Shown here: positions 56,565 through 64,000 of the stretch, piece after piece | Layout of the letters: the number at the start of each line of letters is the position of its first letter | Numbering within the stretch: position 1 is the stretch's first letter | Assembly (NCBI GenBank): GCA_964106645.2 | Contig: CAXKZF020000028.1 | DNA from: Podarcis pityusensis | Taxonomy: Eukaryota | DNA length: 64,000 nucleotides | Strand: one strand, 5' to 3' | The notes under the pieces: model-generated | What the model was told of the DNA's origin: nothing | The model's input: only the letters and a program-made list of their open reading frames with translations | Databases searched by the model: none | Translations under genes and position numbers: made by a program

Positions 56565-58878
56565 GCTCGCCGGTAGCCCGGTCTGGTTGCGGGGGGTGAG
56601 GATGCCGTACCCGGCGGCCGCGTACCGGGCCGCGCTCGAGCAGGAGTACCCGGACGCGGGGCCGATGTTCGCGGACGTCGCGGACCGGGCGGCGGCGTAC
56701 CCGGTCGCGGTGGGCACGTCGTCGGGTGCGGTCGTGTTGGGGGTCCGTGTCGCGGCCCGACCCATCCCGAAGGACATGCTCCGGCACGTCCTCGCTGACG
56801 AGATGACGATCCACCAGATCGAGGACGTCCGCGTCCGATACCGCAGGGTCGCGGCGTCCGTCGCGGGCGGGGGGTGGGAGGCGTCCCCGATCAGTGAGGA
56901 CGGCCTGGATTGGGTGTACGCCGCGGGCCGCGCCCTCGGCCATGACGTCCCTGCCGGTGGTGGCTTGACCCGGTCCAGGGATTGGGCTGCGCCTGACGTG
57001 ACGGTCACCGCGACCCAGGACGACGCCGCGCCGACGGTGCGGGTCGCTGCGACCGTGAACGGGCGGACCACGACCCGGCACACGCACGTGATGCGCGCCG
57101 AAGTCCAGCAGCGCGACGTGGAGGCTCAAGCGAAGCCGTGGCTTGCGTGGGCCGCGGACCAGGAAACCCACGTGGAGTGGGTCGCCCGCCTCGACGTCAT
57201 CCACGGGAAAGAGTTGAACGGCGCCGCGATCGTCAAGGCGCGCCGTAACCGTGACGTCGGGGACCACCTCGCCGAGCACAACACCCACATCAGCGACGCC
57301 TACGTCGAGGGCATCGCCCGCGCCGCTGACGTCGCGTCCGAGACCGGGTCGGCTGACCCTGTCGTCGCGACCCGCGTCCGCGGGCAAGTCCTGTTCGCGG
57401 TGTCCGCGGACACTGAACAAGACACCCTCGACGCCGCGGACATCATCCGTGCCGCCGCCGACGCTGCCGCTGTCAACGGCGGCCCTGGTATCCGGTTCGC
57501 GTCCGCTCCCGCGCAGTGGGCTGACTACCGCAAGTTCATCCCCGGCGAACCGTGGTCGGGGAACTCGGGGCATTCGACGCAGATGCCCGCCCGGATGGTC
57601 GCTGCGGGCGTCCCGAACGCGTCGATGCGGGCCGGGGACACCATCGGTGTCCCCCTCGGCGTGATCCGCGGGTCGAACGAGCTCGCCGTGTTCGACGCGT
57701 TCGGTGGTATCCGCGCCGACCGGGACCGGCCGGGGGTGTGGGCCGTCATCGGTGAGCAGGGCAGCGGGAAAACGACGATGCTGTCACTGGTCGCGTGGTG
57801 GTTGACATTGGCGGGTATCCCCGGCACGTTGTACGACCCGACCGGCGCGATGACACGCATCCTCGCGACTGTCGGTGACGCCGGCCGGGAGTTCCGTCTC
57901 ACGGCCGGTAACCCAGGCTTGTTGTCCCCGCATTTCTTGATCCCGGAACCGGCGCGGGTCAACTACGACACCGACCGCGACTATGCGGGTGCGGTCGCGG
58001 AAGCGGCGGGCGCGAGGATGGACACCGCGTACGACGCGGCGTTGCTGTCGTTGGAGCCGGACACGTTGGCCGCGTACCCCGAAGCCCGGGCCGCGCTGCG
58101 TGAAGCGATCACCGACGTCGGCGGCGTGTACGGCACCCACCCCCGCGACGTCATCACCGCGATCAGGAAGCAAGGCACGGTCGGTGCTGTCCTGGCGAAG
58201 CAGATCGAAGCGCGGGCGATGTTCGCGGACGGCCAGTTGATGTGGCCCCAGCACGGCACGGACGACGAGATCCACGCGACGTTCGCGCGTGACGCCCAAC
58301 TGACGTTGGTGACGACGCCAGGAGCGGTGAAACCACCACCGTCGGGGACACCGCTCGCGCAGTGGAGCGCGGACCAGATCAGGTCCCGCCCGATCCACAT
58401 GTTGGGGGCATTGTTCGCGTCCAGGGCGATCTGGGCGAACCGTGACCGGAAGTTCTACCTCAGCGACGAGGTGTCGTTGCAGGCGGGCGCGGATTCGGCG
58501 TCGTCGGCGTGGATGATGCGGATCGCGCACGACTCCCGCAAGTACGGGTGCTCGGCTGGGTTCGCGATGCAGACGTCGTCGACGGTCGATCTGATCGGGC
58601 AGCGGGCGGCGTCGCTGTTCGCGGCCGCGTTCGTGGGCCGCACGAAACAGGACAACGCGGCGGGCGCGCTCGGGGTCCTCGGCGTCGACGACGGCGAAGG
58701 GTGGGAAGACGTCCCGCCCACGCTGCAGTCGGGGTCGTTCCTGTCCTCGTCGTGGGATGACAAGACCCGCGTCGTCGACGTCGACAAGTCGTGGTGGCCT
58801 CGCGGGTTGGTGGAGGCGACGAACACGACGCCGGTGCGGTCTGCGCCGCGGTTGGCGTCGCCGCTCGGGGTCCGGTGA
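56341..58878 (+). CDS. VirB4-like conjugation ATPase
   Basis: 845 aa; C-terminal Walker A GEQGSGKT, LYDPTG, Walker B FYLSDE, DSRKYG..AMQ, AFVGR; RBS GGAGGA. Confidence 0.85.
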   Translation: MTAPLAEKVTSRLANVAAWMRPAPQELATRYILQNLAVTRSETWAYFVLADVDWHSKSDTDRGSLYLQQAARVAELAGSPVWLRGVRMPYPAAAYRAALEQEYPDAGPMFADVADRAAAYPVAVGTSSGAVVLGVRVAARPIPKDMLRHVLADEMTIHQIEDVRVRYRRVAASVAGGGWEASPISEDGLDWVYAAGRALGHDVPAGGGLTRSRDWAAPDVTVTATQDDAAPTVRVAATVNGRTTTRHTHVMRAEVQQRDVEAQAKPWLAWAADQETHVEWVARLDVIHGKELNGAAIVKARRNRDVGDHLAEHNTHISDAYVEGIARAADVASETGSADPVVATRVRGQVLFAVSADTEQDTLDAADIIRAAADAAAVNGGPGIRFASAPAQWADYRKFIPGEPWSGNSGHSTQMPARMVAAGVPNASMRAGDTIGVPLGVIRGSNELAVFDAFGGIRADRDRPGVWAVIGEQGSGKTTMLSLVAWWLTLAGIPGTLYDPTGAMTRILATVGDAGREFRLTAGNPGLLSPHFLIPEPARVNYDTDRDYAGAVAEAAGARMDTAYDAALLSLEPDTLAAYPEARAALREAITDVGGVYGTHPRDVITAIRKQGTVGAVLAKQIEARAMFADGQLMWPQHGTDDEIHATFARDAQLTLVTTPGAVKPPPSGTPLAQWSADQIRSRPIHMLGALFASRAIWANRDRKFYLSDEVSLQAGADSASSAWMMRIAHDSRKYGCSAGFAMQTSSTVDLIGQRAASLFAAAFVGRTKQDNAAGALGVLGVDDGEGWEDVPPTLQSGSFLSSSWDDKTRVVDVDKSWWPRGLVEATNTTPVRSAPRLASPLGVR

Positions 58879-60707
58879 TGTGGCGGCGCGTCGGCGCCGC
58901 CGCCGTGATGGTTGTCGCTGCTGCCGTCACCGGTAGCGGCGCGGCCGCCGCGGCAGCCGCACCTACTCTGCAGCCCGCCGTGCAGATCGAGTTCTGCCGG
59001 GAACCGCCGCCCGTGCAGATGGGCTCACAGATGCTCGTCACGAAAATCGACCCTGGACCATCGAAGCCGATGAACGGCCCGTACGGCCAGTACGGGTACG
59101 CCGGGTATCAGCAAGTGGTCTACGACCCAGGATGCACGTCCGCGATCATGAACAACCTCAAGCGTTCGCTGCCGCCTGCGTTGCAGGCAGGGGTTGACGT
59201 CGCCCGTCCCGGCGCCGGGTCATCGACCGTCGCCGGTAAGTGGATGACGGGGGCACTGTTCGTGACGGCGTGCACGGTCGGGTTGGTGCGGTTGGCGTTC
59301 GGGGAACACCCGATCTGGCGGGTGTTGGACCCTGCGACCGAGTCGATCCGGGGCATGTTCGGGATCGACTTGTTCTCGATGTGGCTGTGCGTGTCGATCG
59401 TCGCGATGGGTTTGTTCATCGCCGCGAAGCGGGCGTTGGCGTTGACGGCGGCGCTGGAATACGTCGCCCGCGCCGCCGCGATCGTCGCGGTCGCGGTCGG
59501 GTTCCTCGCGTGGACCGGGCAAGCCGGCCCGGCCCTGGACCGGGGGATCGCGGCGGCGTACACGTACGCGACGCAACTACCCGGCGAGGAAGCACCCCCG
59601 GACGCGGGTTCAGCGGTCGGTGACGCGCTCGTGTCGCATGTCATCGCGCCGATCTGGGCGGAACAGCACCTCGGGTTCAACCCGGACACGAACAAGGTGT
59701 ACCAGCCCGCGTTCCAAGCGACGATGGCTTTCGACCGGGACACCGACCGGTCGGTCACCGACCCTGGTGAGCGGGCCGATCGGGTGAAGTACATGCAGGG
59801 CGCGTTCCGGGCCGTCGCGACCCGCTTAAAGCAGGACCACCCGGACACGTACCCGCGGCTCGCGTCGTCGGAAGATTCCGACCGGGGGATGCTCGGGTTC
59901 GTCGCGTTCCTGGGCGCGTTGAACGTCGCTGTCGTCGTCGTGGTCTTGACGGCGGTCGTGGCCGGGTTCCGGCTCGCGGTGCGTGTCTTGACGAACCTGT
60001 CAGCGGCGATCGCGTTGGTCACGATGTACCCGACCTTGCAGGGCGCCGCGTTCGGTTTGGCGCGGTTCCTGGGCCGGTGGGCGTTCGCGTCGGTCGTCGC
60101 GACAGCCGGTTTCGTCGTGTACGTGCAGGCGTTCGTGCAGGGCGTCGCCGCTAACTCGGGTGTCAGTGTCGGTACGAGGGTCACGGCGATGTCGTGCGTG
60201 ACCGCGGTCCTGGTCGCCGCGTTCAAGTTCCGGAAAACGATCCTGGGTTGGTTGCGGATCGGGCGTGACATCGACGCCACCAAGGGCGCCGCAAAGAAGG
60301 CACGTGAACGGTTCGAGAAGCGGTACGGGTATCCCGAACCGGTCTCTCGCGAGCGGGCGGGCGGGGAAAGCACGTTGCGTCCTGATCCGTTGGTTCGTGA
60401 GCAGATCGCGGCCCGGAAAACCGCCGGTGACGCCGCGGTACGTGCCGTCGTGGAACGGCAACGGCAGCAGGCCGCCCAGGCCGTCGAGGTGCGGCGGAGG
60501 GCGACGCAACTCACACCAGCGTCGGCGTCAACGAACCCGCCGTTCCGGGTCGCTGCAGGTGTCGCCGCGGAGTCCGCGGCGATGGCGCGTGCCGCGGCGT
60601 CGCGTCCCGTCAAGCGAGCGTCTGGGACCGTCGCGGTCGCTGCGGCGCGTACAGCCGCGTCCGCCATGAAAGTCCCAGTCCCAGTGAGAGTGAAGGTGAT
60701 GAAGTGA
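58878..60707 (+). CDS. VirB6/TcpH-like polytopic membrane protein
   Basis: Signal-like N-terminus, many TM segments, basic C-tail; directly after the VirB4-like gene. Confidence 0.7.
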   Translation: MWRRVGAAAVMVVAAAVTGSGAAAAAAAPTLQPAVQIEFCREPPPVQMGSQMLVTKIDPGPSKPMNGPYGQYGYAGYQQVVYDPGCTSAIMNNLKRSLPPALQAGVDVARPGAGSSTVAGKWMTGALFVTACTVGLVRLAFGEHPIWRVLDPATESIRGMFGIDLFSMWLCVSIVAMGLFIAAKRALALTAALEYVARAAAIVAVAVGFLAWTGQAGPALDRGIAAAYTYATQLPGEEAPPDAGSAVGDALVSHVIAPIWAEQHLGFNPDTNKVYQPAFQATMAFDRDTDRSVTDPGERADRVKYMQGAFRAVATRLKQDHPDTYPRLASSEDSDRGMLGFVAFLGALNVAVVVVVLTAVVAGFRLAVRVLTNLSAAIALVTMYPTLQGAAFGLARFLGRWAFASVVATAGFVVYVQAFVQGVAANSGVSVGTRVTAMSCVTAVLVAAFKFRKTILGWLRIGRDIDATKGAAKKARERFEKRYGYPEPVSRERAGGESTLRPDPLVREQIAARKTAGDAAVRAVVERQRQQAAQAVEVRRRATQLTPASASTNPPFRVAAGVAAESAAMARAAASRPVKRASGTVAVAAARTAASAMKVPVPVRVKVMK

Positions 60708-61153
60708 TGGGCCGGTTCTTGTTGCGTTCAGTCCGGCGGCTCGTCGCCGCGGCCGTCGTGGTTGTCGCGGTCGGTGCGGCGGTGACGGTAACGGCGGTGT
60801 CGTGGTTGTCGTCGTCGCTGACCCCTGACCGCGCCGCCACAGCACCCGCTACGGCGGCGGCGGCGGTCGAGGGTGGGTGCGCTGCAGCTGCTGCCCGGTT
60901 CGCGGACGTCGTCGCCGGCCACGGCCCAGGCTGGGTGGCGGAGGCGACACCGTTGGTGACGTCACGGCTCGCGACGGTCCTACCGTCCGTCGGCGCCGCC
61001 GACCTGCCTTCGGGGCGGGTCGGTGTCGTCTCGACCGTCGCGGAACCTGCGGTGTGTGACGCGACCGTCACGATCGGGGGTGCGCCGTGGCGGATCGAGT
61101 TGGAAGCGGCGTCCGGTGCGTGGTTGGTGTCGGCGTGGGATGACGGGTCGTGA
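60707..61153 (+). CDS. Bitopic membrane protein (VirB8/TcpC-position candidate)
   Basis: One TM segment plus a small alpha/beta domain ending WLVSAW. Confidence 0.5.
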   Translation: MGRFLLRSVRRLVAAAVVVVAVGAAVTVTAVSWLSSSLTPDRAATAPATAAAAVEGGCAAAAARFADVVAGHGPGWVAEATPLVTSRLATVLPSVGAADLPSGRVGVVSTVAEPAVCDATVTIGGAPWRIELEAASGAWLVSAWDDGS

Positions 61154-62145
61154 AAGCGGCACTATCAGCCGTCGCGGGTGGCCTCGTCGTCGCGGGTGTC
61201 TTGTCGGTGACGGCGACGTCACCGCCGTCGGACGCCGTCACCCTCACCGGCGACGCCGCACCAGCGGCCGCGACGGTCGGCGCGCCACCGACCGTCGCGG
61301 GGTGCGTGACCACGGCAGGCGGGGAGCTCGCCGGGTTGAGCGTGGAGCAGCGCGGCATCGCGAAAGTCGGTGTTGACGCCGCGAACCGGGCGAAGCTCGG
61401 GGAACCCGCCGCCCGGATCATCGTCGCGGCAGGGATCGTCGAGTCTGGGTTGCGGAACCTGTCGCACGGGGACCGTGACTCCCTCGGGTGGTTGCAGCAG
61501 CGCCCGTCGCAAGGGTGGAAGCATGCGACGGACCCGGCCCGCGCCGCGGACGACTTCTTGGCTGCGTTGAAGCGTGTCCCCGGCTGGGCGTCGATGGAGC
61601 CGGGGGACGCCGCGCAAGCCGTCCAACGTTCCGGGTTCCCCGACCGGTACACGCAGGTGATGCCGCGGGCCACGCAGATCGTCGCCGGGATCACCGGGCA
61701 AGGTTGCGCCGACCCGGCCCCGTCCGCGGGGCGGGTGTCGGGTCGGGCGGGGACCGTGTTGGCGTGGGCGCGCGGTCAAGTCGGGAAGGCGTACGTGATG
61801 GGAGCGAACGGCCCGAACGCGTGGGACTGTTCGTCGTTCTCCCGGACCGCGATGCAACAGGCGGGCGTGACCGGGATGCCACGGACCGCGCAAGCGCAAC
61901 GGGATTGGTGCGCGTCCGGGCGGTGCAAACGCATCCCTGACGGGCAGGAGCGACCTGGGGACCTCGTGTTCTGGGATTCCTACCTCGGGCCGTCCCAGGT
62001 CGGGCACGTCGCGATCATCCGTGACCCCGCGGCCCGCGGCACCACCGACGCTCGCGGGTCGAAACAGGGCGTCATCAACGGCACCTACCCGCTGGCCGCG
62101 TCCAAACACATTTTCGAGGTGTGGCGCCCGAATGGGCTCACCTAA
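61150..62145 (+). CDS. Exported peptidoglycan hydrolase: lysozyme-like domain plus NlpC/P60 (VirB1/TcpG role)
   Basis: VESGLRNL..GDRDSLG..QQRPSQGW..AQAVQRS; QVGKAYVMG..WDCSSF..PGDLVFW..HVAI. Confidence 0.9.
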   Translation: MKAALSAVAGGLVVAGVLSVTATSPPSDAVTLTGDAAPAAATVGAPPTVAGCVTTAGGELAGLSVEQRGIAKVGVDAANRAKLGEPAARIIVAAGIVESGLRNLSHGDRDSLGWLQQRPSQGWKHATDPARAADDFLAALKRVPGWASMEPGDAAQAVQRSGFPDRYTQVMPRATQIVAGITGQGCADPAPSAGRVSGRAGTVLAWARGQVGKAYVMGANGPNAWDCSSFSRTAMQQAGVTGMPRTAQAQRDWCASGRCKRIPDGQERPGDLVFWDSYLGPSQVGHVAIIRDPAARGTTDARGSKQGVINGTYPLAASKHIFEVWRPNGLT

Positions 62146-62167
62146 CAACCAGATTGGAGGCACATGT

Positions 62168-62860
62168 ATGACGATCACCCGCTACCCTGACCGCATGTCA
62201 CTGGTGAACGGTTGGGACGAGGTGTCCGCCGCGGCGGTACACGCGACGGTCGACGCGGCCACGTTGGCGTGGCACCCGAACTTGGGGGCCGACATCCACT
62301 ACGCGTTCGTCCACGTCACCCACGGATGGATTGAGCCGTGGTGGGAAGCGAACCTCGGTTACATCACCGACGCTGCTCACGCGCAGGTCGGTGGGCAACG
62401 ACACGTCACGGATTGGGCGTGCTTTGCGTCGTTGCAGGCCGCGCTGTGCATGGGGTTCCTGCCCGACCCGCCCGTCGACCTCATCGTCGGTCTCGCGGTC
62501 CCGGCGGCGAAGCACATGAACGCCACCGAGTACCCGCCCGTCACCGTCCCTGACCCGGTACAGGTTGAGCCCGCCGCGCGTGATGACGCCCGCGATGAGG
62601 CGGTGTATTGGGCGACGGTCGATGACCGCGCCAGCCGGATCCAGGTCGGTGAAACCGTCATGGCCCTCACCGATGTCACGGAAGGTTGGTTGTTCCCGCG
62701 GAGGGTCATTCAGGCTGGCGCTTCGGTGACGGTCACTGACGCGCCGCGCCGCGGTGACATCACTATTAGGTGCGGCGAAGACATTGCCACCGTCTCGCGG
62801 CGTCGTGTCGCCGCGTGGATGGTCGCGGCTCACGAAGCGGTGACGTCATGGGCGTATTGA
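62168..62860 (+). CDS. Hypothetical protein
   Basis: RBS GGAGG; 230 aa. Confidence 0.65.
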   Translation: MTITRYPDRMSLVNGWDEVSAAAVHATVDAATLAWHPNLGADIHYAFVHVTHGWIEPWWEANLGYITDAAHAQVGGQRHVTDWACFASLQAALCMGFLPDPPVDLIVGLAVPAAKHMNATEYPPVTVPDPVQVEPAARDDARDEAVYWATVDDRASRIQVGETVMALTDVTEGWLFPRRVIQAGASVTVTDAPRRGDITIRCGEDIATVSRRRVAAWMVAAHEAVTSWAY

Positions 62861-63771
62861 CAACACCCCGTGTCGTGGCGTTGACCGCCGCCCCCCTTAT
62901 CGGGTGGGCGGCGGTTTCTTTTATCCCCGCTGACCCTTTCTGGTGGCGCGCCGGCTTTCTGCTGTTGATGCCGTTCGTGGCGCTGGTCGGGGTCGCGGCG
63001 ACAAGCGGGCGGTATTCGGTCGCGGCTATTGCTGGGTTCGTGTTGTCGGGCGCGGCGGCCGCGGCGTGGTGGCCGTTCACGCCGGCGCCGTCTTCGACCA
63101 CGGTCGGGTGGGTGCTCGTTGTCGCGGCCGTGTTGTGGTGGGGTCCGTTCGTCCCGGACGCTGCGGCCGCTGCTCGGGAGTGGCGGATCGACCGGTACGA
63201 CGACAACTTCGACGACAGCGACCTCGTCTACGACGGCGACGACCCCGACAATGGTGACCGGCCGCACGACGTCGCCGCCGGCGGCGGTGACCGGGCGTGG
63301 TCGTTGACGGTGCGGGAGGCGCCACCCGACGGGATAGAAATCGGCGGCGGGGACGACGCGTTCGACTACGAACCCGACCCGCCCGTGATCCGGACCCCAC
63401 CGCCAGGGTGGGAACCGCGGTCACGAACCGTCGCCGGAGCACCCCTGTTCGTCGACCTGGTCACCGGCGACGACGACACGGGCGGCGACAACCCTGGGGT
63501 TTGGGAACAGCTCACCGAGGTTTGGCCGGGTGACGCGAAAGCGTTGCACCTAGATGAGGTCGCCGCGATCCTCGACGTCCCCGAAGGTGACGTCCGGGAC
63601 GTCCTCACCGACGCTGGCGTGCCCGTGACTGCGAGGGTCGGGAAGCGCCGGAACGGGCAGTCCATCAGCCGTGCAGGGGTACGCCGTAGCGACCTCGACG
63701 GTGCCGCGGCAGCCCCTTCTGGCGGTTCACAACACGACCCGCCGCTCACAACACCATCCACAACGGCCTGA
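62848..63771 (+). CDS. Four-TM membrane protein with acidic linker and C-terminal wHTH-like domain
   Basis: LHLDEVAAIL..VRDVLTDAGVPV..RAGVRRSDL. Confidence 0.65.
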   Translation: MGVLTTPRVVALTAAPLIGWAAVSFIPADPFWWRAGFLLLMPFVALVGVAATSGRYSVAAIAGFVLSGAAAAAWWPFTPAPSSTTVGWVLVVAAVLWWGPFVPDAAAAAREWRIDRYDDNFDDSDLVYDGDDPDNGDRPHDVAAGGGDRAWSLTVREAPPDGIEIGGGDDAFDYEPDPPVIRTPPPGWEPRSRTVAGAPLFVDLVTGDDDTGGDNPGVWEQLTEVWPGDAKALHLDEVAAILDVPEGDVRDVLTDAGVPVTARVGKRRNGQSISRAGVRRSDLDGAAAAPSGGSQHDPPLTTPSTTA

Positions 63772-63857
63772 CCTGCGCTTTCACAACGAAACAGGCCGTT
63801 TCACAACGCCACCGCCGCAGACACTGTTCCGTGCTCACGGCGGTGGTCGTTCACAAC
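63726..63857 (+). repeat. Six direct 8-bp TTCACAAC-type repeats
   Basis: Copies at 63726, 63745 (CTCACAAC), 63757 (TCCACAAC), 63780, 63800, 63850. Confidence 0.85.
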
Positions 63858-63941
63858 GCCCACGCCCCCGCCTTGGGAGGGGACACCCCGACACCGCGGG
63901 CGGCCCCTCCCATCTCTGCCCCTCTTGGAGGTTCAACGCTC

Positions 63942-64000
63942 ATGGATCAACGCCAGCAGTACGCGCTCACCCACCCTCTGTCCCGCGCCGACGACCCCGC
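63942..64000 (+). CDS. Partial ORF running off the window
   Basis: RBS GGAGG then MDQRQQYALTHPLSRADDP. Confidence 0.5.
   Translation, partial: MDQRQQYALTHPLSRADDP

Larger units (their letters stand above)
1..64000. mobile_element. Temperate siphophage (actinobacteriophage-like), apparently excised/episomal, extending beyond both window edges
   Basis: Complete terminase-portal-capsid-tail-lysis order, tyrosine integrase with internal attP, repressor/Cro, RecET, RuvC; no host housekeeping genes seen. Confidence 0.93.

Noticed and set aside
55631-64000. Relaxase or VirD4/FtsK coupling protein
   Set aside because: No HUH or Rep_trans motif and no second P-loop ATPase recognised; it could lie outside the window

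Overview
High-GC DNA that reads as most of a temperate actinobacterial siphophage genome. It appears non-integrated and circularly permuted: the HNH/terminase (probable cos) junction lies at ~5.6 kb and an intact attP (3' half of tRNA-Val(GAC)) lies at 42.2 kb beside a tyrosine integrase. Gene order: right-arm genes (1-5553); packaging, head and tail (5658-23215); a ~16.6 kb block of large carbohydrate-active tail-appendage genes (23275-39886); lysis; a FliA/WhiG-type sigma factor; attP/int/repressor/Cro-Xis; a ~700 bp hairpin and tRNA-like non-coding tract; RecET; decayed whiB and methyltransferase genes; replication initiator with iterons; RuvC; HU. The most unusual element is an ~8 kb Gram-positive conjugation (T4SS-like) module at 55631-63857 (VirB4-like ATPase, VirB6-like membrane protein, NlpC/P60 hydrolase, and a membrane-anchored HTH-like protein followed by 8-bp repeats). 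No relaxase or coupling ATPase is recognisable in the window. All family calls come from motif recognition by eye; no searches were run.
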